Positions 23,715 through 33,895 are shown, counted from the first letter of the stretch. The stretch is 64,000 bases of DNA from Thermoproteota archaeon (GCA_029258885.1 JAPDJW010000001.1:64001-128000), one strand, 5' to 3'. Notes: a model not told the origin generated them from the letters alone. Numbers and translations: made by a program.

Positions 23715-25919
23715 GTGTCATACTTACGAGAAATAGAAGTGATTACTATGAAGATGCTTAAGAAAGGCATTAATTTCATGGGAAAAAGCGTCAAAAAATT
23801 CTCCCTAAGGCTTTCGGATCCTAGCATTATCCTGTTTTCAACATTAATTCTCATATTCTCATTGGCAGTAATTATTAGATCCATACCACTTAAATGGGGG
23901 CTATTTTTAACGGAATTTGACCCCTACTACGAATACTACCTAGCCAAAAAAACGCTGGAAAAGGGGGTTCTATGGTGGTTCCAGTATTCTCCCTCTCAGA
24001 GGGAGTTTGATACTCTCTTCTGGTATCCTTATGGCAGAGATTTAAGGCGTACTAGTCAGCCTGGAGTGCCAATACTTGTAACACTAATTTACATTTTCCT
24101 TAAAACTATAGGTCTGACCGTTACACTCTTGGCAATCCATGCCTTTCTCCCAGTCGTAATGTCTGGACTAAGCGTGCTATGCATTTATCTGTTATGTAGG
24201 AAGGCTTTTAATAGCTATACCGGTCTCCTAGCAGCACTAATTTTATCCATTAATACAGCGTTGCTCGGTTCAACTACTTTAGGTAATGTTCACGACGGCA
24301 TGATAATTCCGCTAATGCTATTAACATTCTATTTCATGCTTAAAGGGTTTGAAGGCAAACCAATTATATGGTCCGTATTAGCAGGATTAAGCTTAGGATT
24401 AATAGTACTAATATGGGGGGGCTTTCTTTACGTATGGAATTTGGTAGCATTATACTTTCTGGTATTGTATCTCACTAATAACCTTGACAGAAATATGGCG
24501 GAAACATACATTATTATCGATTTAATCGCGAAGTTTTTCATTATAATTACTCCGAGACATGGCATCAGGGTTGCGTTAACTTCACTATATGCACTATTGC
24601 CACTAGTGACTTTAGTTGCTTGTACCTATTATCTGTTGCTTGAAAAACTGGGAGAGGAGAAGTTTAAAGGAGCAACATTTAGGCTGCTCATAGTTGTTGC
24701 CGCAGGTTTACTAGTAATAGCGGGATACTATACTGGTTTCTTCGCCAAAATAGCTGGAAGAATAATGGCCATTATAATACCTTCCGAGAGAAACCCGATT
24801 ATAGAGTCGGTTGGCGAGCACAGAATTCCTACATGGAGCATGATTTTTCTAGATTACAACGTATTACTGATTTTCTCTCTCTTTGGCCTTTACATAATTC
24901 TCAGAAAAAGAAAGGTTAAGGATATCCTGATCTTACTTCTATATCTCTCATCTCTTTATGCAACAAGCTCAATGTCAAGACTATCAATTCTTTTCAGTCC
25001 AGCCTGCGCAATATTAGCAAGCGTAGGCTTCTTTTCCCTTGCGGATAAACTATATTCAATGTATAAGGGCGAGGTAATACTACCTCGCAAAAGGCTTCAG
25101 GAATTTAGAAGAGAGCACGTAGTTTTAACATTCATCGTAGTAACATTAATATTAGTTACATCATTCGTTACGACCAACGCATTAGATTATTGTCATCAGC
25201 CAGCGCTAATACTTACATCCAGTCTTCCAATGAGAGATACAAGCTATGAGTCGATTGACTGGATTTCAGCTCTCGAATGGATGAGGGAAAATCTTCCTGA
25301 GGATGCCGTAATTGCGTGCTGGTGGGATTATGGCTACTGGATTTCTGTAAACACTAATAGAAGTACTCTTGCAGATAACGGTACGTTAAACACCACGCAG
25401 ATAGCTGAAATAGCCAGAGCTTTTCTATCCAATGAGACAGAAGCATTAAAGATATTCCACAGTTTAGGTGCCACGCATGTTGTTGTTTTTGAGCCATTCA
25501 GATCACTCCAGGGATATGATGTCTATGGCATGCCCGTGTACTTCCCTGATCCATACGGTCATGGAGACTTTGGAAAGAGCTATTGGATGGCTAAAATAGG
25601 AGGCTTAGATCCCGATAAATATCAATATGTAACGACAGGACAATTAAGAGGTCTCTTAATACCAGCTAACAATAAGGAGGCTCTTTCAGCTACTCTATAC
25701 AAGTTACTTTTCGTTAAGACTGATAGAAGGAGATTATACATATTTGAGCCTTTAGTCTGGAATTACTTTCCATCGACGTGGTGGAGCGGAAACCCGATAT
25801 ATAGCATAGAATCGCCGAAGTACTTTGAACTAATATATGCTTCCTATCCAAATAACTGGGTACTAGTATTCAGAATAAACTATGAAAAAGCTAATATGAC
25901 GAGCCCGACTAGAAAGTAA
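23715..25919 (+). CDS. aglB: Oligosaccharyltransferase AglB/STT3
   Basis: EFDPYY, multiple transmembrane helices, SV.EH, WWDYG, DNGT. Confidence 0.93.
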   Translation: MSYLREIEVITMKMLKKGINFMGKSVKKFSLRLSDPSIILFSTLILIFSLAVIIRSIPLKWGLFLTEFDPYYEYYLAKKTLEKGVLWWFQYSPSQREFDTLFWYPYGRDLRRTSQPGVPILVTLIYIFLKTIGLTVTLLAIHAFLPVVMSGLSVLCIYLLCRKAFNSYTGLLAALILSINTALLGSTTLGNVHDGMIIPLMLLTFYFMLKGFEGKPIIWSVLAGLSLGLIVLIWGGFLYVWNLVALYFLVLYLTNNLDRNMAETYIIIDLIAKFFIIITPRHGIRVALTSLYALLPLVTLVACTYYLLLEKLGEEKFKGATFRLLIVVAAGLLVIAGYYTGFFAKIAGRIMAIIIPSERNPIIESVGEHRIPTWSMIFLDYNVLLIFSLFGLYIILRKRKVKDILILLLYLSSLYATSSMSRLSILFSPACAILASVGFFSLADKLYSMYKGEVILPRKRLQEFRREHVVLTFIVVTLILVTSFVTTNALDYCHQPALILTSSLPMRDTSYESIDWISALEWMRENLPEDAVIACWWDYGYWISVNTNRSTLADNGTLNTTQIAEIARAFLSNETEALKIFHSLGATHVVVFEPFRSLQGYDVYGMPVYFPDPYGHGDFGKSYWMAKIGGLDPDKYQYVTTGQLRGLLIPANNKEALSATLYKLLFVKTDRRRLYIFEPLVWNYFPSTWWSGNPIYSIESPKYFELIYASYPNNWVLVFRINYEKANMTSPTRK

Positions 25920-25924
25920 GGTTA

Positions 25925-26095
25925 TTAGCAGTCAATTAGATTTTTAATTAGTTTTCTTCTATACTTTCCCCATCTATCCTCGGGAGAAAACCTAGCTGGA
26001 TGGGGGGATCTAACCGGCCCACCACATTTTGGACATTTATCTATACTTAAAGTATAGCGTCCGCATACCGTACATTTTCTTATTTTTCCTCTCAT
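25925..26095 (-). CDS. nop10: H/ACA RNP protein Nop10 (not in the ORF track, 56 aa)
   Basis: Manual translation MRGKIRKCTVCGRYTLSIDKCPKCGGPVRSPHPARFSPEDRWGKYRR. Confidence 0.93.
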   Translation of the reverse strand: MRGKIRKCTVCGRYTLSIDKCPKCGGPVRSPHPARFSPEDRWGKYRRKLIKNLIDC

Positions 26096-26104
26096 TCTCT
26101 GCCC

Positions 26105-26914
26105 TTAAGTCTTTATTCGCTTAAAACTAAAGGAACAACCATATTGTTTTGCTCTTTCTTCCATAATTTTCAGCATGGCTGATAGGACCTTTTCCACAAT
26201 CTTGTAATCAGGTCCTTCGAGGTCTATTTTATATCTGGGGGCTCCTTCTGTGTATATACGTGTTTTTACTTCCTTGAATTGTTTAGCCACTTTCTCACCG
26301 TCAAGTAGGACATTTTTTATGGCTATGATGCCATCCGATTTTAAGCTTCGCAAAATTATGATTCCGCTTACCTTAGCTGTTGGCAGTTCAATATATGCCT
26401 GGGCAACTTCAACAGCTACCTTAGCCAGGTCTTCAGGTATGTTTAAGCCCTGAAATGCCTTTTCGCCATATCTAGCGGCGTTTTCAAAACCAGCGTAAAT
26501 CTCCCCATAATAATCCTCAAGCTTCCATGCAAGATTTCTACAAACATAATCCAGACTCTTACCTGTTTTCTTAGCTATCAATTCAATGAGTTTCACAGCC
26601 CTCTGATACCTCTTCCATTCTTTTATCTTAGCTTTTCTCTCGGATTTATCTACACGTTTTAATGATACATCAACATGACCTTTTCTGGAGTCCACACGTA
26701 TAACTTTGAAAACTCTCTTCTGCCCTTCCTTTAAAACTTCTCTTATACCCTTAAACCATGATCTCGATACCTCATTTAAAGGACAGTATGCCTCCATTCC
26801 ATCGTATTCATCTAAAGTAACAAACGCTCCATGCTCAAATATTTCGGATACTGTTCCTATAACAAGCTCATTTACTCTAGGATACTTTCTTCTCCTTATC
26901 AATTTATGATCCAC
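26105..26914 (-). CDS. eif2a: Translation initiation factor 2 alpha subunit
   Basis: S1 domain (YP...ELVIGTV), KGHVDVSLKRV, GAPRY. Confidence 0.95.
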   Translation of the reverse strand: MDHKLIRRRKYPRVNELVIGTVSEIFEHGAFVTLDEYDGMEAYCPLNEVSRSWFKGIREVLKEGQKRVFKVIRVDSRKGHVDVSLKRVDKSERKAKIKEWKRYQRAVKLIELIAKKTGKSLDYVCRNLAWKLEDYYGEIYAGFENAARYGEKAFQGLNIPEDLAKVAVEVAQAYIELPTAKVSGIIILRSLKSDGIIAIKNVLLDGEKVAKQFKEVKTRIYTEGAPRYKIDLEGPDYKIVEKVLSAMLKIMEERAKQYGCSFSFKRIKT

Positions 26915-26915
26915 C

Positions 26916-27113
26916 CTACTCGAGATATTTTATAATTTTAGCCTTAATTTCAGTTTTTCCGCCCTTCGGTAATGCAAGAATCGAGTTACATACTAAACAT
27001 CTTACGACTGAGGCAGCGTGATCAAAAATTATCTGCTCGTTTTCACACTCAGGGCATCTAACAAGTACAAACTTACTCTTAGGCTCCGGGATAAGTATCT
27101 TTTTTTTCTTCAT
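26916..27113 (-). CDS. rps27e: Ribosomal protein S27e
   Basis: P.PKSKF..V.CPEC...C.VC...P.GGK. Confidence 0.95.
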   Translation of the reverse strand: MKKKKILIPEPKSKFVLVRCPECENEQIIFDHAASVVRCLVCNSILALPKGGKTEIKAKIIKYLE

Positions 27114-27114
27114 A

Positions 27115-27402
27115 TTATTTTACCACCTCGACTATTTCAAGCTTTTTTAACCTTATGCCTTCCTTCATCAATATATATCCACATTCCTTACACTTAAGCT
27201 TAAGAGTCTGCTTCTTAGTAACCTTCGCTGTCCTCTTCTGCTCCGGTTTCCTCTTAGAACCATATCCTTTCTTTTTTGCAGCATATCGTCTTTCGCCCTG
27301 TGCTAGTTTTCTTCTCTTGCCAGGCTTATAGAGCGAAGCTATATGTATTGTATGTCTTCTACAACGAGGACAATATGTTCTAATCTCCTTGGGGAACTTC
27401 AT
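27115..27402 (-). CDS. rpl44e: Ribosomal protein L44e
   Basis: MKFPK..RTYCPRC..HT.H, GYG, KVTKK..L.LKC..C. Confidence 0.95.
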   Translation of the reverse strand: MKFPKEIRTYCPRCRRHTIHIASLYKPGKRRKLAQGERRYAAKKKGYGSKRKPEQKRTAKVTKKQTLKLKCKECGYILMKEGIRLKKLEIVEVVK

Positions 27403-27592
27403 GCCTATCACTTGTTTATAATATTTTCCACCTTGAATCTACTTATGCTCTTGTATTTATTTTTGATGCTCGAGCAGATGAATTCTAGCACGTATTCTTT
27501 ATCGGCATTAATAAATTTTATTTACTTCTTTACTTCTTTATTATGATACCCTCTATGTTGCTTTGATAATCGAGTAAGTTAGTGGTGATGTT

Positions 27593-27862
27593 ATGTCAAA
27601 GAGAATTGAGAAAAGGTTAAGGATTAGACGGAAGCCAGATGTTAAAGAAGGCTGGGCTAAAATAAATACAAAAACCAGAGACTTACTTAACTTAAGCGGT
27701 GAATTGGAGGTAGTTGTAGGAGGAAAGAAGAGGTTTAGATTTAAAATACTAGCATTAGATGACATTCCTCCAAACGAGGTATGGTGTAACGAGGAAGAGC
27801 TACGGAGATACGGTATAGCGGATAATACTATAGCTACTTGTAGAGCACCTTTATACGGGTAA
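27593..27862 (+). CDS. Small hypothetical protein resembling a stand-alone double-psi beta-barrel (CDC48 N-domain-like)
   Basis: Beta-rich pattern, WAKIN...L.L.GELEVVV and EVW.N..ELR..GIAD. Confidence 0.5.
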   Translation: MSKRIEKRLRIRRKPDVKEGWAKINTKTRDLLNLSGELEVVVGGKKRFRFKILALDDIPPNEVWCNEEELRRYGIADNTIATCRAPLYG

Positions 27863-27864
27863 TG

Positions 27865-28380
27865 TTACTCGGCTACTATCTTTATGTAATGTTTTGTCAG
27901 ATGCTTTATAGCCTTTTCAATCAAGGATATCGACTTCGATAACCTATTATAATCTCTCCTCGATACACGGACCATGTATTCGGATGTTCCGTCCGGAAAC
28001 CATATAATGCTTAATCCTAAAATTCTAGCTGGATATATCAGCTGTGAAATTATATTTTTAATATCGGAACTTTTCCTAACAATTTTTACGTTTCTTTCAA
28101 GTTTTCTCTCTAAGTACCTAACAATTTTTCTCCACAATTTCTCTGACATTTCTTTGGAATCCGTTATTAACATAAATATTGTGTTGTCAACCTGATACGA
28201 CTTGTGAAACACAACGTCTTTTAGCTGTGGATATTTATTTTCAAGCAATACTAGATGATGCGATATTTCTATATCTATATCGTTTATCTTGCCCTCATCA
28301 TATAATTTTTGACATTTAGCGCAGAGTATCCTTGTTTTTGCATCGAATATACATATTGGAGTTTTTACCGTCTTAACCAC
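27865..28380 (-). CDS. NusA-like KH-domain protein with N-terminal Cys motif
   Basis: PIC.FD.K..ILC.KC, L..PARILG...W.PDG. Confidence 0.8.
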   Translation of the reverse strand: MVKTVKTPICIFDAKTRILCAKCQKLYDEGKINDIDIEISHHLVLLENKYPQLKDVVFHKSYQVDNTIFMLITDSKEMSEKLWRKIVRYLERKLERNVKIVRKSSDIKNIISQLIYPARILGLSIIWFPDGTSEYMVRVSRRDYNRLSKSISLIEKAIKHLTKHYIKIVAE

Positions 28381-28660
28381 CCTTTGAAAGTTTTATGGTA
28401 ATCGTACTTATTCTTCTAGGTGCACCGTGAGCATCCGGTAATATCTCACTACCAAGCTCTATCTTATCAATTTTTACATCTCTCATATAGTATCGGCGTA
28501 GTCGCTCGACTACATCAACAGCCTTTGATATATTCTTACCCCTAGCCATGATAATTATTTCATTTTTCCCTTCATGAAATATCGTTAAGCACGCCAGTAT
28601 ATATCTGTCTATAGTCTTACTTCCTATCAGAACAGTTCCTTCGATAACCATCTTCACCAC
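28373..28660 (-). CDS. alba: Alba chromatin/RNA-binding protein
   Basis: IG.K....Y..A, ARG.NISKAVDV, ISTI.I.L. Confidence 0.9.
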   Translation of the reverse strand: MVKMVIEGTVLIGSKTIDRYILACLTIFHEGKNEIIIMARGKNISKAVDVVERLRRYYMRDVKIDKIELGSEILPDAHGAPRRISTITIKLSKGG

Positions 28661-28754
28661 TTTACAATAACCTTTCCCTATGCTCTTATACTGTTTATGG
28701 ATATTTCCTTAAGAATTTTTCCTCAAAGAGGAAAGTCAGTATGTTTTGTTTCAA

Positions 28755-30197
28755 TTAGGGCAAATTCTTGTACATATAAAAGGAGCATGGATATTTTCTA
28801 TATCCTAACCGCCTATAGTAGTCGCGTACTCCTATTCCTGAGATTACGAAAATACGTTTCTTATCGAATTCTTCGTAGGATATTCTTTCAGCTTCATGTA
28901 GGAGTTGTCTACCATACCCTCTGTGCTGCCATCCTCCAGTATTTCTCTCCCCTACTGGTATGGATGGACCATAAACGTGGAGTTCTCTTACGATAGATGA
29001 TTTTTCATCGATCTCTTTTCTAATACTATCTGTGGAGGGTATCCTTAACCTTAGGAATCCTATAAGTATTTCATTTCTAGTATCTTCAAACGATAGAAAT
29101 ATCTCTATTCCGTCGCTGGCCGTATATTCTATTCTGGTCATTTTAATATTGTCTGGATCTGGAACCTTTCCTTCTCGAAGCATTTTATGCCCTACTTCTC
29201 TACACCTTATACATTTACATTTCATTCCTTTTCTTAGCATGTATTGCCTTACAACCTGCCTTAAGTTCCCTATTTTACAACCTGCGGCTACATATTCAAT
29301 TGGTATATCTCGCTGTATCCGCATTATTCTGACGTATTTAGGAACCAGTGCTTTCATTTTGGCTATAAGATCCACAAGCGTGACATCATCATATGCCTTA
29401 TACTCGCCCTTCCTCCACATTTCATATAGCCTCGTTCCGGGAATAACAAGTGTCGGATAGATTTTGAGCATATCCGGTCTGAAGTTAGGGTCATCAAATA
29501 ATTTTTTCATCATATCCAGGTCTCTCTTAAAGTCTGATCCTGGAAGACCAGGCATAATATGGTAACATACCTTAAATCCCGAGTCCTTCAAGTGCTTTGT
29601 CGCTATAATTGTATCTCTAACGGTATGTCCCCTTCTCACAAGCCTTAGTACATCGTCGTAAATTGATTGCACTCCCAACTCCACTCGGGTAACTCCGTAC
29701 CTAAGGAATCTTTCTATATGGTGGGGTTTAGCCCAATCCGGACGTGTTTCAATAGTCATGCCAACGCATCTAACATTTGCCTTCTCGTTTCTCCTGATTG
29801 CATCATCCAGATATACCCATTTCCTCTTTTTAGCTCTCGGAAATCGGTTCATAGCCTCAAGAGCCTGCGTTATAAACCACTCCTGGTAATCCAGAGGGAA
29901 CGAGGGAAATGTACCCCCCATAACTATGAGTTCCACTTTAGATGGAGTATGTCCCATTTTTACATACTGAAGCAATCTTTGCCGTACCTGCTCGTACGGA
30001 TCGTAATTTAATGCTTTAGCCCTTAGTACTACAGGGGATTTCTCCACATAGCTTTGCGGCGTTCTCCAGTCAGTGCCTCCGGGACAATAAATGCATTTAC
30101 CATGAGGACATGGAAAAGGTTTTGTCATAGCTGCAACTATAACTACTCCGGAAATAGACCTGACGGGCTTCTTAACCTTTTTAATCGTTTTCAACAT
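28755..30197 (-). CDS. elp3: Elp3 radical-SAM/KAT tRNA U34 carboxymethylase
   Basis: CPHGKCIYCPGG, ETRPD, RVELGVQ, VRELHVYG, QHRGYG. Confidence 0.95.
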   Translation of the reverse strand: MLKTIKKVKKPVRSISGVVIVAAMTKPFPCPHGKCIYCPGGTDWRTPQSYVEKSPVVLRAKALNYDPYEQVRQRLLQYVKMGHTPSKVELIVMGGTFPSFPLDYQEWFITQALEAMNRFPRAKKRKWVYLDDAIRRNEKANVRCVGMTIETRPDWAKPHHIERFLRYGVTRVELGVQSIYDDVLRLVRRGHTVRDTIIATKHLKDSGFKVCYHIMPGLPGSDFKRDLDMMKKLFDDPNFRPDMLKIYPTLVIPGTRLYEMWRKGEYKAYDDVTLVDLIAKMKALVPKYVRIMRIQRDIPIEYVAAGCKIGNLRQVVRQYMLRKGMKCKCIRCREVGHKMLREGKVPDPDNIKMTRIEYTASDGIEIFLSFEDTRNEILIGFLRLRIPSTDSIRKEIDEKSSIVRELHVYGPSIPVGERNTGGWQHRGYGRQLLHEAERISYEEFDKKRIFVISGIGVRDYYRRLGYRKYPCSFYMYKNLP

Positions 30198-30913
30198 TTA
30201 TTTACCACCGCAACACATACATAATTTTGCGGGAAATATTTTGATCTTAATTTCATAGTATATATACGCTCTATAGTTAAACCATTGATGCTGGAAACTA
30301 AGCGTCTTAATTCGCCTTTAGAAAAGAGATGGTAATATCTTTTTAACGTCCTGCCCATATGGCGCCATTTTACATAAGCATCACCTATTTCTAAAGCCCT
30401 TCCCGTCAGGTATGTTGAGATAACTCTAACTATGTGCCTCGGCTGATATCTCGACCAAACAGTTATTACTACTATTCCCCCCTTTACACCTACTCTTACA
30501 ACATCTTCCAATACTTTTCTTCGAAACATGTTATATGGTATATGATGTAAGACAGCTATTAAGAGAATACCTTTCGCGATATTATCCCTTAGAGGTAGCG
30601 ATAGAATATCTGCAACTATAACATCTAAGTTGGCATCAAGCTTACGTCGTTTCGCCTTTCTTAAAGTCACTTTACACATATTATATGCTACATCTACAGC
30701 TAAGACTCTATGAGATCTAGCCAATACTAAGCTATATCTCCCAGTACCAGCACCAAGATCAATTATATAGCGATCAGGCTCTATCCTAACAATATAATCC
30801 ATCAGTTCACTCCAAATTTTACCTCGAGTTCTATCATAGCTAAAGTAGATTCTCTCAAATACATCCTTGATATTTTTTCTAACTATTTCGTAGTATTCTT
30901 TGGCTGAGTACAT
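30191..30913 (-). CDS. Class I SAM methyltransferase, Trm9/ALKBH8-like
   Basis: DLGAGTGRY, IAVLHHI...R...GG...ITVW, RYYHLF..GEL; overlaps elp3. Confidence 0.75.
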   Translation of the reverse strand: MYSAKEYYEIVRKNIKDVFERIYFSYDRTRGKIWSELMDYIVRIEPDRYIIDLGAGTGRYSLVLARSHRVLAVDVAYNMCKVTLRKAKRRKLDANLDVIVADILSLPLRDNIAKGILLIAVLHHIPYNMFRRKVLEDVVRVGVKGGIVVITVWSRYQPRHIVRVISTYLTGRALEIGDAYVKWRHMGRTLKRYYHLFSKGELRRLVSSINGLTIERIYTMKLRSKYFPQNYVCVAVVNKC

Positions 30914-30971
30914 ATCTCTCTATTTTCTATACTCTCTGTACCAATTTCCGAGTCAACTATTAAAAATATTT

Positions 30972-32381
30972 TCAGCGATTATTCCTTATCTTCACTACCT
31001 CCTTCTCAAGAATAGTTATACTCTCTGTCAGTTTCATAACATGTTTTTCAAGGGCCTCTAATCTTAGATTAAGTTCTTTCATATCACTCTCTTCTGCTGA
31101 TGTCCTCTTTTTTCTGTCAACGAATCTCAGCTTGTTTTTCGTACTTTCTAGGTACGGTTCTCTTTCTATAGCTTTCGGTATGTATATTTTTCTAAGTTTG
31201 CCGTCCTTCAATACTAATGCTTCTCCTACCCTCAAGTCTAGGGGATTTATATTATAGTTACTAGGCAATCCCATGCTTTCTATTTCCTTTCCGTGAAGTC
31301 GATGCATTACAACTATTCTAGAGTTTTTTATTATACTTTTAGCGGTTTCGCTGGGGAATTGAGATACGGCGATAATTAACTCGCCGAATTTCCTTAGTTC
31401 AGCAAATATTCTTTCACCAATGCTGGGTTGTGAATCCAGTCGTCGATAGGGAATAATGTTCCATGCCTCTTCTATTACAGTAGCATGCAACACCTTATTT
31501 GATATGGGACGTAAATGTGAGGCATAATCGTATAGTAGTTTGAGAAGTATTAAAACGAAGAGTTTCCTCGAGTAGATGCTTCTAAATACGCTCAGATCAA
31601 TCAATACATTCTCTTCAAAGAGTACGTTTACATCATATCCACCGCCAAATGCCTTTCCTGCTCTTCCCTCGCTAAGGCTACTTAGCCTTCTCCTAAGCGC
31701 CATTTTAATTTCATTATCATAAAAACTTCTTATGGGTAACCTCTCTATAACATGAAGCAACTCGCGTATAGTCGGCTCTCCATATTTGTTAAATGCCTCT
31801 GTTAATGCAACTTTTAACATATACTTTTGCGGCTCAGATAGCTTATATACGTCGCCGAAAAGATCCACTAAAAACTCTATGTGCTCCGTTAAGTCACCAT
31901 ATGCCTTATAGAGCGGATTTATAGCAAAGTTCTCACCCGGAATTAAGACCTTAAAGAAATTAGAAACATATGGATAATACTCTCCATGCCAGTCGAGCAC
32001 AAGCGTGGGAGTAAGTCTGCTAATTTGGTTTAAAATAAATTTTACGGTGTTGGATTTTCCGCTTCCCGTAGATCCGAAAAGACATATGTGCCCTGGTTCA
32101 AGTTTCATTACTACAGGAAAAATTCCGCTGAAGCCTAGCAAGATTCTACTGCCCTTAGAGAAAATTCTCCTATATAAATTAATCATAGTATTTTTACTTA
32201 ATATAATTGGTATTAAAATACATAAAATAAATAGGTATAAAATATATTCTTTGTAAGAGCTTAATAAAGTTCCTCCGTTGCCGATATATGATAAGAATTT
32301 TATGTTTTTCAGAGAAAATATGACCATTAAAGCTATAATACTCCATAAGATTCTAGTAGGAATATTGGTATTTTTCATCAA
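30972..32381 (-). CDS. HerA/FtsK/VirB4-like (DUF87) ATPase with N-terminal transmembrane segments and C-terminal coiled coil
   Basis: HICLFGSTGSGKS, LDWHGEY, IEEAW, ELRKFG, SQ. Confidence 0.8.
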   Translation of the reverse strand: MMKNTNIPTRILWSIIALMVIFSLKNIKFLSYIGNGGTLLSSYKEYILYLFILCILIPIILSKNTMINLYRRIFSKGSRILLGFSGIFPVVMKLEPGHICLFGSTGSGKSNTVKFILNQISRLTPTLVLDWHGEYYPYVSNFFKVLIPGENFAINPLYKAYGDLTEHIEFLVDLFGDVYKLSEPQKYMLKVALTEAFNKYGEPTIRELLHVIERLPIRSFYDNEIKMALRRRLSSLSEGRAGKAFGGGYDVNVLFEENVLIDLSVFRSIYSRKLFVLILLKLLYDYASHLRPISNKVLHATVIEEAWNIIPYRRLDSQPSIGERIFAELRKFGELIIAVSQFPSETAKSIIKNSRIVVMHRLHGKEIESMGLPSNYNINPLDLRVGEALVLKDGKLRKIYIPKAIEREPYLESTKNKLRFVDRKKRTSAEESDMKELNLRLEALEKHVMKLTESITILEKEVVKIRNNR

Positions 32382-32502
32382 TACTTATTAATAAAATGGT
32401 TTATAGAAGTGTAGCTTACAAGGGTAGCACTAATAATATTAGGGAGGACCCAAAATAGAGTTTTCAATATAAGTATAGGAACATTAAGCTAAAGAGGGGT
32501 GT

Positions 32503-33051
32503 ATGATGAATAAAATAAAGGGTGTGCTGTACGACGACGGCGTAATAGTTTGGGACATTGAGAGTGCAAAGATGCTTTATAAGAATGGTTTTTATGGTAA
32601 ATATTTGGGGGTTAGAAAGGCTAAAGAGCTGGAAATGGATAAGCCTCTTCAGCTTTCTCTAATTGAGGCAGTCTATTTATTTGAGAAAAATATATTAGAG
32701 GTATATCTCGGAGGAAGAAAGCTCTCATACTATGAGTTAAGAAAAATAGCCTCCTCTAAAATACTGCTTTTCGAGGACATATACATAGTTTATAAAGATC
32801 TGAGGGATCGCGGCTATGTAGTAAAATCTGGCATGAAGTTCGGAGCTACATTTGCCGTATATGAGCATGGCCCTGGAATAGATCATGCGCCTTTCCTTGT
32901 ACATGTGCTTTCTTTTGAAGACGAATTGGATCCTCTAGAGATCGTGAGAGCTGGTAGGCTCTCACATTCGGTTCGTAAAAAATTTGTAATAGCAGTAGTA
33001 GACCCGATATCGAGAAAACCTTACTACTACATTTTTAAGTGGTTCGGTTAA
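32503..33051 (+). CDS. endA: tRNA splicing endonuclease, catalytic subunit
   Basis: LSLIEA.YL, VYKDLR.RGY.VKSG.KFG, catalytic Y/H/K in VYEHGPGIDHA...RKK. Confidence 0.93.
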   Translation: MMNKIKGVLYDDGVIVWDIESAKMLYKNGFYGKYLGVRKAKELEMDKPLQLSLIEAVYLFEKNILEVYLGGRKLSYYELRKIASSKILLFEDIYIVYKDLRDRGYVVKSGMKFGATFAVYEHGPGIDHAPFLVHVLSFEDELDPLEIVRAGRLSHSVRKKFVIAVVDPISRKPYYYIFKWFG

Positions 33052-33762
33052 CTATAATTTATTCAGTAATATTAGTCTGAAATCACTTACCGTATCTTCT
33101 ATTATATCCGAGGTATCCTCTAGCATATCGACTATTTCCTTTATAAGTATCGTTTGATGAAGGAGCTTCATTGTATCCAAGATTGCGAAGCTAGTTTTCC
33201 TATATTTCTCATCAATGTCTCGTTCCAAGTTTTCTATTTTTTCACAAAGTGTGAGGGAGTGTGGTGGATTAACTATTAGGGAGGAGGTCATAGCTATAAA
33301 CGTTTTAACCATTATTGAAAGGCTATCTAGAAGATCTAGTATGGAGGAGCTAATTCTTGTATCTATCTGCCATCCCTTTGTAATATAGTATTCCAGCCTA
33401 TACATAATGCCGAGCACTTTATCAGAAACGCTATAAACCTTGGCAGTGATTCTTATCCATTCCTCTTTATTCATTAATGCAGGATAAGTCTTAGAGATAT
33501 ACGCAAGAACATCTTTTCGAAGAATTTCGATTTCAGACTTTAGATCCTTTGCCTTATTGATAATTTCTGTCATACCGTTTTTCTCTATACTATTAGAATT
33601 GGTAACGATGTATCTCACTAATTCTAGCATATCGCTTATTTTTCGTGTTTCATTCACTATTATTTCAGCTATCCTATCGCCAGCTATCGCTATGATTCTG
33701 CCTCCTTCTACGTCTTCTCTATTCAGTTTCTCCATATCTTCCCCACCAACATTAACTTCCAA
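33052..33762 (-). CDS. DUF47/PhoU-like phosphate transport regulator
   Basis: All-helical, LE.DID..YR and E..DMLEDTSD..ED. Confidence 0.75.
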   Translation of the reverse strand: MEVNVGGEDMEKLNREDVEGGRIIAIAGDRIAEIIVNETRKISDMLELVRYIVTNSNSIEKNGMTEIINKAKDLKSEIEILRKDVLAYISKTYPALMNKEEWIRITAKVYSVSDKVLGIMYRLEYYITKGWQIDTRISSSILDLLDSLSIMVKTFIAMTSSLIVNPPHSLTLCEKIENLERDIDEKYRKTSFAILDTMKLLHQTILIKEIVDMLEDTSDIIEDTVSDFRLILLNKL

Positions 33763-33895
33763 TAAGATTATATATTTAGCGTTCTTCGACGGAGGCTAAA
33801 GCCTCTATTTCTGTTTCAGCTACATAAGTATTCCTGAAGATAAACTTATATCTAAGTGCTAGAATTTCATCAGATAACTGAGCGGGGAGGATAAA

